Below, piece after piece: positions 1 to 11,700 of a stretch of DNA of 27,654 nucleotides. A program made the position numbers and the translations under genes. Below the pieces are notes generated by a model. The model made no database searches, was not told where the DNA came from, and worked only from the letters and a program-made list of their open reading frames with translations. The first letter of the stretch is position 1, and the number at the start of each line of letters is the position of its first letter. Source of the DNA: Utricularia gibba (Eukaryota; Plantae; Magnoliophyta); assembly GCA_002189035.1 (NCBI GenBank), contig NEEC01000120.1, positions 1 to 27,654 on the forward strand. The letters run 5' to 3'.

Positions 1-434
1 ACTCAATAGTAGCTTACGTGGCTCGCAACGTATGTTTGATATAGATGACATCCTTTAACCTGTATGGTCGAAGGTTTTCTCCTCCCAAACGTATAGCGGC
101 ATGCCCACTTTCGTGTCCAAATATTCAGGAGGTCGGGGTGGTAGCCATCTAACGGCTGGATAGCACATCCACATCGTATGTGCTCCGTAGAATGAATCCG
201 AAAATGTTAATGTTTCCAACGCACGTTGTTGGAGATCGGGAAAGTACATGGAGTGTCCTTGGCCACATTCTAGTATTCATTGGATGCTGGCTGAGTTTGT
301 TGCACAACAAAACACCCTCAAACGAGTAGCGATGGTGCACCATGATCCGCCATGGAGTGAACTCGTGACTCCTCTGCGTAAGTCTCACTTTGTTTCCATG
401 GAAGATCATAAGGGAAAGCAATAGGAAAAACTAA

Positions 435-530
435 GAAGTACTTGGTATCGTTGATGTTACAACCCTGCATCATTGATCCTGATGTACCCCTTCGTATCGT
501 TGGACGACACATCAGTGGTGAAGTACTTGG
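435..530 (+). repeat. Nested short direct repeats within the unit; copy 1 shown
   Basis: gaagtacttgg at 435-445 and 520-530; gtatcgttg at 445-453 and 494-502. Confidence 0.7.
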
Positions 531-884
531 CTAGAGTCCATGGGTTGGACTTTACGGTCCTATGGACGTGCGCATCAGTGCTGGTCTAATCTCCACGCAT
601 CCTCATATCTTTCAACGGCCGCGATAATAGACCAACGGTCTCCTTGTCCAGTCCATTCGCTAAGGAGTCCAGAACACCTGAAGGTAACGGCAAAGCTTGC
701 GAGGCCGTCCAGCAACGGAGAAAAGAAAGGAAGTAGTGCGCATGGATGTGAACGCCTAAAAGAGCGTGGGAGTTTGCACTAGAGACCATCAACCCGTTGA
801 ATCGTGTCGATGCTTGAGGGAAGACGACCACCCATTCATCTTTGTACGTTGCATCGGACCTGGTTGAAAGTGAGGACGGAAAAT

Positions 885-1308
885 TGGCTACACTCGTAAA
901 GGTGCACGAGCAGTATGCTCAATCGGATGATGGTCAAGCCGTTAGCATACGGAAAACACACTCGCGTGTTGCGCACGCGGCTTTAACGATTGCTTAACCG
1001 AGTGATCCCTTCTCTATCTCCATCCACAATCTGGGTAAAAGGCATCCGGAGGTCAGGCATTGGAATGTCGTAAGGTATGAAGTATGCATGTTGCAAGGCG
1101 TGACCTGCTTGCGAAGCAATACCGATCCATTCCACGTTACCGCTTCTTTGCAAAGCCTGGAGGGAGAATGGAATTTTGCATCAGGAGTGGATGCCATGGG
1201 GGTCGAATTATAAGGGGAGGTGTGCGTTTGTTCCGTGAGCTATGTGGATTCGAAGCACAAGTGCTGGGTGGTCGAGTTATGGACTTTGGGTTAGGAGTGG
1301 CTACACTC
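885..1308 (+). repeat. 11-bp direct repeat tggctacactc about 413 bp apart; copy 1 shown
   Basis: Exact match at 885-895 and 1298-1308, present in every unit. Confidence 0.7.
963..979. other. GC-rich hairpin cgcgtg-ttgcg-cacgcg, one per unit; copy 1 shown
   Basis: Perfect 6-bp stem (5 G-C pairs) with a 5-nt loop. It overlaps an alternative stem aacac(955-959)/gtgtt(966-970). Function unknown. Confidence 0.6.
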
Positions 1309-1369
1309 TGGATCCACGACCGATATGTTCTTCGATGCTCTATGACTCATTTCTCATTCAATGATGTCC

Positions 1370-2741
1370 ACTCAATAGTAGCTTACGTGGCTCGCAACGT
1401 ATGTTTGATATAGATGACATCCTTTAACCTGTATGGTCGAAGGTTTTCTCCTCCCAAACGTATAGCGGCATGCCCACTTTCGTGTCCAAATATTCAGGAG
1501 GTCGGGGTGGTAGCCATCTAACGGCTGGATAGCACATCCACATCGTATGTGCTCCGTAGAATGAATCCGAAAATGTTAATGTTTCCAACGCACGTTGTTG
1601 GAGATCGGGAAAGTACATGGAGTGTCCTTGGCCACATTCTAGTATTCATTGGATGCTGGCTGAGTTTGTTGCACAACAAAACACCCTCAAACGAGTAGCG
1701 ATGGTGCACCATGATCCGCCATGGAGTGAACTCGTGACTCCTCTGCGTAAGTCTCACTTTGTTTCCATGGAAGATCATAAGGGAAAGCAATAGGAAAAAC
1801 TAAGAAGTACTTGGTATCGTTGATGTTACAACCCTGCATCATTGATCCTGATGTACCCCCTTCGTATCGTTGGACGACACATCAGTGGTGAAGTACTTGG
1901 CTAGAGTCCATGGGTTGGACTTTACGGTCCTATGGACGTGCGCATCAGTGCTGGTCTAATCTCCACGCATCCTCATATCTTTCAACGGCCGCGATAATAG
2001 ACCAACGGTCTCCTTGTCCAGTCCATTCGCTAAGGAGTCCAGAACACCTGAAGGTAACGGCAAAGCTTGCGAGGCCCGTCCAGCAACGGAGAAAAGAAAG
2101 GAAGTAGTGCGCATGGATGTGAACGCCTAAAAGAGCGTGGGAGTTTGCACTAGAGACCATCAACCCGTTGAATCGTGTCGATGCTTGAGGGAAGACGACC
2201 ACCCATTCATCTTTGTACGTTGCATCGGACCTGGTTGAAAGTGAGGACGGAAAATTGGCTACACTCGTAAAGGTGCACGAGCAGTATGCTGAATCGGATG
2301 ATGGTCAAGCCGTTAGCATACGGAAAACACACTCGCGTGTTGCGCACGCGGCTTTAACGATTGCTTAACCGAGTGATCCCTTCTCTATCTCCATCCACAA
2401 TCTGGGTAAAAGGCATCCGGAGGTCAGGCATTGGAATGTCGTAAGGTATGAAGTATGCATGTTGCAAGGCGTGACCTGCTTGCGAAGCAATACCGATCCA
2501 TTCCACGTTACCCGCTTCTTTGCAAAGCCTGGAGGGAGAATGGAATTTTGCATCAGGAGTGGATGCCATGGGGGTCGAATTATAAGGGGAGGTGTGCGTT
2601 TGTTCCGTGAGCTATGTGGATTCGAAGCACAAGTGCTGGGTGGTCGAGTTATGGACTTTGGGTTAGGAGTGGCTACACTCTGGATCCACGACCGATATGT
2701 TCTTCGATGCTCTATGACTCATTTCTCATTCAATGATGTCC
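1370..2741. repeat. Representative full-length (1372-bp) monomer, copy 2
   Basis: Modal unit length with no private indels. Each unit has one HindIII site (AAGCTT, 693-698 in copy 1), one BamHI site (GGATCC, 1310-1315 in copy 1) and four NcoI sites (CCATGG). Confidence 0.97.
1618..2672 (+). pseudogene. Possible decayed coding relic in every unit, with fragments resembling a plant F-box/beta-propeller (UFO/kelch-like) protein; copy 2 shown
   Basis: Fragments by eye, in plausible order but in three frames with stops: WSVLGHILVFIGCWLSL...RWCTMI (1618-1716, F-box-like W-S-x-L...WL...RW-x-x-MI), LARVHGL (1897-1917), SDPFSISIHNL (from 2372) and MGVEL*GEVCVCSVSYVDSKHKCWVVELWTLG*EW (2568-2672). Needs at least 2 frameshifts and several stops. 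No search was run. Confidence 0.25.
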
Positions 2742-5700
2742 ACTCAATAGTAGCTTACGTGGCTCGCAACGTATGTTTGATATAGATGACATCCTTTAAC
2801 CTGTATGGTCGAAGGTTTTCTCCTCCCAAACGTATAGCGGCATGCCCACTTTCGTGTCCAAATATTCAGGAGGTCGGGGTGGTAGCCATCTAACGGCTGG
2901 ATAGCACATCCACATCGTATGTGCTCCGTAGAATGAATCCGAAAATGTTAATGTTTCCAACGCACGTTGTTGGAGATCGGGAAAGTACATGGAGTGTCCT
3001 TGGCCACATTCTAGTATTCATTGGATGCTGGCTGAGTTTGTTGCACAACAAAACACCCTCAAACGAGTAGCGATGGTGCACCATGATCCGCCATGGAGTG
3101 AACTCGTGACTCCTCTGCGTAAGTCTCACTTTGTTTCCATGGAAGATCATAAGGGAAAGCAATAGGAAAAACTAAGAAGTACTTGGTATCGTTGATGTTA
3201 CAACCCTGCATCATTGATCCTGATGTACCCCCTTCGTATCGTTGGACGACACATCAGTGGTGAAGTACTTGGCTAGAGTCCATGGGTTGGACTTTACGGT
3301 CCTATGGACGTGCGCATCAGTGCTGGTCTAATCTCCACGCATCCTCATATCTTTCAACGGCCGCGATAATAGACCAACGGTCTCCTTGTCCAGTCCATTC
3401 GCTAAGGAGTCCAGAACACCTGAAGGTAACGGCAAAGCTTGCGAGGCCCGTCCAGCAACGGAGAAAAGAAAGGAAGTAGTGCGCATGGATGTGAACGCCT
3501 AAAAGAGCGTGGGAGTTTGCACTAGAGACCATCAACCCGTTGAATCGTGTCGATGCTTGAGGGAAGACGACCACCCATTCATCTTTGTACGTTGCATCGG
3601 ACCTGGTTGAAAGTGAGGACGGAAAATTGGCTACACTCGTAAAGGTGCACGAGCAGTATGCTGAATCGGATGATGGTCAAGCCGTTAGCATACGGAAAAC
3701 ACACTCGCGTGTTGCGCACGCGGCTTTAACGATTGCTTAACCGAGTGATCCCTTCTCTATGTCCATCCACAATCTGGGTAAAAGGCATCCGGAGGTCAGG
3801 CATTGGAATGTCGTAAGGTATGAAGTATGCATGTTGCAAGGCGTGACCTGCTTGCGAAGCAATACCGATCCATTCCACGTTACCCGCTTCTTTGCAAAGC
3901 CTGGAGGGAGAATGGAATTTTGCATCAGGAGTGGATGCCATGGGGGTCGAATTATAAGGGGAGGTGTGCGTTTGTTCCGTGAGCTATGTGGATTCGAAGC
4001 ACAAGTGCTGGGTGGTCGAGTTATGGACTTTGGGTTAGGAGTGGCTACACTCTGGATCCACGACCGATATGTTCTTCGATGCTCTATGACTCATTTCTCA
4101 TTCAATGATGTCCACTCAATAGTAGCTTACGTGGCTCGCAACGTATGTTTGATATAGATGACATCCTTTAACCTGTATGGTCGAAGGTTTTCTCCTCCCA
4201 AACGTATAGCGGCATGCCCACTTTCGTGTCCAAATATTCAGGAGGTCGGGGTGGTAGCCATCTAACGGCTGGATAGCACATCCACATCGTATGTGCTCCG
4301 TAGAATGAATCCGAAAATGTTAATGTTTCCAACGCACGTTGTTGGAGATCGGGAAAGTACATGGAGTGTCCTTGGCCACATTCTAGTATTCATTGGATGC
4401 TGGCTGAGTTTGTTGCACAACAAAACACCCTCAAACGAGTAGCGATGGTGCACCATGATCCGCCATGGAGTGAACTCGTGACTCCTCTGCGTAAGTCTCA
4501 CTTTGTTTCCATGGAAGATCATAAGGGAAAGCAATAGGAAAAACTAAGAAGTACTTGGTATCGTTGATGTTACAACCCTGCATCATTGATCCTGATGTAC
4601 CCCCTTCGTATCGTTGGACGACACATCAGTGGTGAAGTACTTGGCTAGAGTCCATGGGTTGGACTTTACGGTCCTATGGACGTGCGCATCAGTGCTGGTC
4701 TAATCTCCACGCATCCTCATATCTTTCAACGGCCGCGATAATAGACCAACGGTCTCCTTGTCCAGTCCATTCGCTAAGGAGTCCAGAACACCTGAAGGTA
4801 ACGGCAAAGCTTGCGAGGCCCGTCCAGCAACGGAGAAAAGAAAGGAAGTAGTGCGCATGGATGTGAACGCCTAAAAGAGCGTGGGAGTTTGCACTAGAGA
4901 CCATCAACCCGTTGAATCGTGTCGATGCTTGAGGGAAGACGACCACCCATTCATCTTTGTACGTTGCATCGGACCTGGTTGAAAGTGAGGACGGAAAATT
5001 GGCTACACTCGTAAGGTGCACGAGCAGTATGCTGAATCGGATGATGGTCAAGCCGTTAGCATACGGAAAACACACTCGCGTGTTGCGCACGCGGCTTTAA
5101 CGATTGCTTAACCGAGTGATCCCTTCTCTATCTCCATCCACAATCTGGGTAAAAGGCATCCGGAGGTCAGGCATTGGAATGTCGTAAGGTATGAAGTATG
5201 CATGTTGCAAGGCGTGACCTGCTTGCGAAGCAATACCGATCCATTCCACGTTACCCGCTTCTTTGCAAAGCCTGGAGGGAGAATGGAATTTTGCATCAGG
5301 AGTGGATGCCATGGGGGTCGAATTATAAGGGGAGGTGTGCGTTTGTTCCGTGAGCTATGTGGATTCGAAGCACAAGTGCTGGGTGGTCGAGTTATGGACT
5401 TTGGGTTAGGAGTGGCTACACTCTGGATCCACGACCGATATGTTCTTCGATGCTCTATGACTCATTTCTCATTCAATGATGTCCACTCAATAGTAGCTTA
5501 CGTGGCTCGCAACGTATGTTTGATATAGATGACATCCTTTAACCTGTATGGTCGAAGGTTTTCTCCTCCCAAACGTATAGCGGCATGCCCACTTTCGTGT
5601 CCAAATATTCAGGAGGTCGGGGTGGTAGCCATCTAACGGCTGGATAGCACATCCACATCGTATGTGCTCCGTAGAATGAATCCGAAAATGTTAATGTTTC

Positions 5701-8700
5701 CAACGCACGTTGTTGGAGATCGGGAAAGTACATGGAGTGTCCTTGGCCACATTCTAGTATTCATTGGATGCTGGCTGAGTTTGTTGCACAACAAAACACC
5801 CTCAAACGAGTAGCGATGGTGCACCATGATCCGCCATGGAGTGAACTCGTGACTCCTCTGCGTAAGTCTCACTTTGTTTCCATGGAAGATCATAAGGGAA
5901 AGCAATAGGAAAAACTAAGAAGTACTTGGTATCGTTGATGTTACAACCCTGCATCATTGATCCTGATGTACCCCCTTCGTATCGTTGGACGACACATCAG
6001 TGGTGAAGTACTTGGCTAGAGTCCATGGGTTGGACTTTACGGTCCTATGGACGTGCGCATCAGTGCTGGTCTAATCTCCACGCATCCTCATATCTTTCAA
6101 CGGCCGCGATAATAGACCAACGGTCTCCTTGTCCAGTCCATTCGCTAAGGAGTCCAGAACACCTGAAGGTAACGGCAAAGCTTGCGAGGCCCGTCCAGCA
6201 ACGGAGAAAAGAAAGGAAGTAGTGCGCATGGATGTGAACGCCTAAAAGAGCGTGGGAGTTTGCACTAGAGACCATCAACCCGTTGAATCGTGTCGATGCT
6301 TGAGGGAAGACGACCACCCATTCATCTTTGTACGTTGCATCGGACCTGGTTGAAAGTGAGGACGGAAAATTGGCTACACTCGTGAAGGTGCACGAGCAGT
6401 ATGCTGAATCGGATGATGGTCAAGCCGTTAGCATACGGAAAACACACTCGCGTGTTGCGCACGCGGCTTTAACGATTGCTTAACCGAGTGATCCCTTCTC
6501 TATCTCCATCCACAATCTGGGTAAAAGGCATCCGGAGGTCAGGCATTGGAATGTCGTAAGGTATGAAGTATGCATGTTGCAAGGCGTGACCTGCTTGCGA
6601 AGCAATACCGATCCATTCCACGTTACCCGCTTCTTTGCAAAGCCTGGAGGGAGAATGGAATTTTGCATCAGGAGTGGATGCCATGGGGGTCGAATTATAA
6701 GGGGAGGTGTGCGTTTGTTCCGTGAGCTATGTGGATTCGAAGCACAAGTGCTGGGTGGTCGAGTTATGGACTTTGGGTTAGGAGTGGCTACACTCTGGAT
6801 CCACGACCGATATGTTCTTCGATGCTCTATGACTCATTTCTCATTCAATGATGTCCACTCAATAGTAGCTTACGTGGCTCGCAACGTATGTTTGATATAG
6901 ATGACATCCTTTAACCTGTATGGTCGAAGGTTTTCTCCTCCCAAACGTATAGCGGCATGCCCACTTTCGTGTCCAAATATTCAGGAGGTCGGGGTGGTAG
7001 CCATCTAACGGCTGGATAGCACATCCACATCGTATGTGCTCCGTAGAATGAATCCGAAAATGTTAATGTTTCCAACGCACGTTGTTGGAGATCGGGAAAG
7101 TACATGGAGTGTCCTTGGCCACATTCTAGTATTCATTGGATGCTGGCTGAGTTTGTTGCACAACAAAACACCCTCAAACGAGTAGCGATGGTGCACCATG
7201 ATCCGCCATGGAGTGAACTCGTGACTCCTCTGCGTAAGTCTCACTTTGTTTCCATGGAAGATCATAAGGGAAAGCAATAGGAAAAACTAAGAAGTACTTG
7301 GTATCGTTGATGTTACAACCCTGCATCATTGATCCTGATGTACCCCCTTCGTATCGTTGGACGACACATCAGTGGTGAAGTACTTGGCTAGAGTCCATGG
7401 GTTGGACTTTACGGTCCTATGGACGTGCGCATCAGTGCTGGTCTAATCTCCACGCATCCTCATATCTTTCAACGGCCGCGATAATAGACCAACGGTCTCC
7501 TTGTCCAGTCCATTCGCTAAGGAGTCCAGAACACCTGAAGGTAACGGCAAAGCTTGCGAGGCCCGTCCAGCAACGGAGAAAAGAAAGGAAGTAGTGCGCA
7601 TGGATGTGAACGCCTAAAAGAGCGTGGGAGTTTGCACTAGAGACCATCAACCCGTTGAATCGTGTCGATGCTTGAGGGAAGACGACCACCCATTCATCTT
7701 TGTACGTTGCATCGGACCTGGTTGAAAGTGAGGACGGAAAATTGGCTACACTCGTAAAGGTGCACGAGCAGTATGCTGAATCGGATGATGGTCAAGCCGT
7801 TAGCATACGGAAAACACACTCGCGTGTTGCGCACGCGGCTTTAACGATTGCTTAACCGAGTGATCCCTTCTCTATCTCCATCCACAATCTGGGTAAAAGG
7901 CATCCGGAGGTCAGGCATTGGAATGTCGTAAGGTATGAAGTATGCATGTTGCAAGGCGTGACCTGCTTGCGAAGCAATACCGATCCATTCCACGTTACCC
8001 GCTTCTTTGCAAAGCCTGGAGGGAGAATGGAATTTTGCATCAGGAGTGGATGCCATGGGGGTCGAATTATAAGGGGAGGTGTGCGTTTGTTCCGTGAGCT
8101 ATGTGGATTCGAAGCACAAGTGCTGGGTGGTCGAGTTATGGACTTTGGGTTAGGAGTGGCTACACTCTGGATCCACGACCGATATGTTCTTCGATGCTCT
8201 ATGACTCATTTCTCATTCAATGATGTCCACTCAATAGTAGCTTACGTGGCTCGCAACGTATGTTTGATATAGATGACATCCTTTAACCTGTATGGTCGAA
8301 GGTTTTCTCCTCCCAAACGTATAGCGGCATGCCCACTTTCGTGTCCAAATATTCAGGAGGTCGGGGTGGTAGCCATCTAACGGCTGGATAGCACATCCAC
8401 ATCGTATGTGCTCCGTAGAATGAATCCGAAAATGTTAATGTTTCCAACGCACGTTGTTGGAGATCGGGAAAGTACATGGAGTGTCCTTGGCCACATTCTA
8501 GTATTCATTGGATGCTGGCTGAGTTTGTTGCACAACAAAACACCCTCAAACGAGTAGCGATGGTGCACCATGATCCGCCATGGAGTGAACTCGTGACTCC
8601 TCTGCGTAAGTCTCACTTTGTTTCCATGGAAGATCATAAGGGAAAGCAATAGGAAAAACTAAGAAGTACTTGGTATCGTTGATGTTACAACCCTGCATCA

Positions 8701-11700
8701 TTGATCCTGATGTACCCCCTTCGTATCGTTGGACGACACATCAGTGGTGAAGTACTTGGCTAGAGTCCATGGGTTGGACTTTACGGTCCTATGGACGTGC
8801 GCATCAGTGCTGGTCTAATCTCCACGCATCCTCATATCTTTCAACGGCCGCGATAATAGACCAACGGTCTCCTTGTCCAGTCCATTCGCTAAGGAGTCCA
8901 GAACACCTGAAGGTAACGGCAAAGCTTGCGAGGCCCGTCCAGCAACGGAGAAAAGAAAGGAAGTAGTGCGCATGGATGTGAACGCCTAAAAGAGCGTGGG
9001 AGTTTGCACTAGAGACCATCAACCCGTTGAATCGTGTCGATGCTTGAGGGAAGACGACCACCCATTCATCTTTGTACGTTGCATCGGACCTGGTTGAAAG
9101 TGAGGACGGAAAATTGGCTACACTCGTAAAGGTGCACGAGCAGTATGCTGAATCGGATGATGGTCAAGCCGTTAGCATACGGAAAACACACTCGCGTGTT
9201 GCGCACGCGGCTTTAACGATTGCTTAACCGAGTGATCCCTTCTCTATCTCCATCCACAATCTGGGTAAAAGGCATCCGGAGGTCAGGCATTGGAATGTCG
9301 TAAGGTATGAAGTATGCATGTTGCAAGGCGTGACCTGCTTGCGAAGCAATACCGATCCATTCCACGTTACCCGCTTCTTTGCAAAGCCTGGAGGGAGAAT
9401 GGAATTTTGCATCAGGAGTGGATGCCATGGGGGTCGAATTATAAGGGGAGGTGTGCGTTTGTTCCGTGAGCTATGTGGATTCGAAGCACAAGTGCTGGGT
9501 GGTCGAGTTATGGACTTTGGGTTAGGAGTGGCTACACTCTGGATCCACGATCGATATGTTCTTCGATGCTCTATGACTCATTTCTCATTCAATGATGTCC
9601 ACTCAATAGTAGCTTACGTGGCTCGCAACGTATGTTTGATATAGATGACATCCTTTAACCTGTATGGTCGAAGGTTTTCTCCTCCCAAACGTATAGCGGC
9701 ATGCCCACTTTCGTGTCCAAATATTCAGGAGGTCGGGGTGGTAGCCATCTAACGGCTGGATAGCACATCCACATCGTATGTGCTCCGTAGAATGAATCCG
9801 AAAATGTTAATGTTTCCAACGCACGTTGTTGGAGATCGGGAAAGTACATGGAGTGTCCTTGGCCACATTCTAGTATTCATTGGATGCTGGCTGAGTTTGT
9901 TGCACAACAAAACACCCTCAAACGAGTAGCGATGGTGCACCATGATCCGCCATGGAGTGAACTCGTGACTCCTCTGCGTAAGTCTCACTTTGTTTCCATG
10001 GAAGATCATAAGGGAAAGCAATAGGAAAAACTAAGAAGTACTTGGTATCGTTGATGTTACAACCCTGCATCATTGATCCTGATGTACCCCCTTCGTATCG
10101 TTGGACGACACATCAGTGGTGAAGTACTTGGCTAGAGTCCATGGGTTGGACTTTACGGTCCTATGGACGTGCGCATCAGTGCTGGTCTAATCTCCACGCA
10201 TCCTCATATCTTTCAACGGCCGCGATAATAGACCAACGGTCTCCTTGTCCAGTCCATTCGCTAAGGAGTCCAGAACACCTGAAGGTAACGGCAAAGCTTG
10301 CGAGGCCCGTCCAGCAACGGAGAAAAGAAAGGAAGTAGTGCGCATGGATGTGAACGCCTAAAAGAGCGTGGGAGTTTGCACTAGAGACCATCAACCCGTT
10401 GAATCGTGTCGATGCTTGAGGGAAGACGACCACCCATTCATCTTTGTACGTTGCATCGGACCTGGTTGAAAGTGAGGACGGAAAATTGGCTACACTCGTA
10501 AGGTGCACGAGCAGTATGCTGAATCGGATGATGGTCAAGCCGTTAGCATACGGAAAACACACTCGCGTGTTGCGCACGCGGCTTTAACGATTGCTTAACC
10601 GAGTGATCCCTTCTCTATGTCCATCCACAATCTGGGTAAAAGGCATCCGGAGGTCAGGCATTGGAATGTCGTAAGGTATGAAGTATGCATGTTGCAAGGC
10701 GTGACCTGCTTGCGAAGCAATACCGATCCATTCCACGTTACCCGCTTCTTTGCAAAGCCTGGAGGGAGAATGGAATTTTGCATCAGGAGTGGATGCCATG
10801 GGGGTCGAATTATAAGGGGAGTGTGCGTTTGTTCCGTGAGCTATGTGGATTCGAAGCACAAGTGCTGGGTGGTCGAGTTATGGACTTTGGGTTAGGAGTG
10901 GCTACACTCTGGATCCACGATCGATATGTTCTTCGATGCTCTATGACTCATTTCTCATTCAATGATGTCCACTCAATAGTAGCTTACGTGGCTCGCAACG
11001 TATGTTTGATATAGATGACATCCTTTAACCTGTATGGTCGAAGGTTTTCTCCTCCCAAACGTATAGCGGCATGCCCACTTTCGTGTCCAAATATTCAGGA
11101 GGTCGGGGTGGTAGCCATCTAACGGCTGGATAGCACATCCACATCGTATGTGCTCCGTAGAATGAATCCGAAAATGTTAATGTTTCCAACGCACGTTGTT
11201 GGAGATCGGGAAAGTACATGGAGTGTCCTTGGCCACATTCTAGTATTCATTGGATGCTGGCTGAGTTTGTTGCACAACAAAACACCCTCAAACGAGTAGC
11301 GATGGTGCACCATGATCCGCCATGGAGTGAACTCGTGACTCCTCTGCGTAAGTCTCACTTTGTTTCCATGGAAGATCATAAGGGAAAGCAATAGGAAAAA
11401 CTAAGAAGTACTTGGTATCGTTGATGTTACAACCCTGCATCATTGATCCTGATGTACCCCCTTCGTATCGTTGGACGACACATCAGTGGTGAAGTACTTG
11501 GCTAGAGTCCATGGGTTGGACTTTACGGTCCTATGGACGTGCGCATCAGTGCTGGTCTAATCTCCACGCATCCTCATATCTTTCAACGGCCGCGATAATA
11601 GACCAACGGTCTCCTTGTCCAGTCCATTCGCTAAGGAGTCCAGAACACCTGAAGGTAACGGCAAAGCTTGCGAGGCCCGTCCAGCAACGGAGAAAAGAAA

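Noticed and set aside
271-279. TAGTATTCA resembles the CRESS-DNA origin nonamer TAGTATTAC
   Set aside because: The last two bases are wrong, the flanking stem is weak, and no HUH Rep is encoded.
570-585. Minus-strand ACCAGCACTGATGCGC resembles plant 5S rRNA (ACCAGCACTAATGCAC)
   Set aside because: The match is only 14/16. The rest does not align to a ~120-nt 5S gene, and there are no clear A/C boxes, terminal stem or oligo-T terminator.
937-979. GC hairpin followed by CTAA on the minus strand, as at a Helitron 3' end
   Set aside because: The spacing is 17 nt rather than about 10-12, the next base is not the T of an AT target, and there is no Rep/helicase remnant.
1035-1043. Minus-strand GCCTTTTAC equals the U5 snRNA loop 1 invariant sequence
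   Set aside because: The flanks do not form a proper U5 stem 1 and there is no Sm site at the expected distance. A single 9-mer among several motifs tested is compatible with chance.
1206-1213. aattataa: TATAA on the + strand and TATAAT on the - strand, as a possible TATA box or -10 element
   Set aside because: No matching -35 element and no supported downstream gene. Such a short AT motif is uninformative.
1243-1259. Minus-strand tgtgc-TTCGAAT-ccaca looks like a tRNA T-arm or B box
   Set aside because: The invariant G53-C61 pair is missing, and no cloverleaf or A box can be built upstream.
1-1369. Hammerhead ribozyme or retrozyme-type satellite
   Set aside because: The ctgatg occurrences are followed by t or c, so I found no CTGANGA core on either strand. 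Other ribozyme classes need a covariance-model search.
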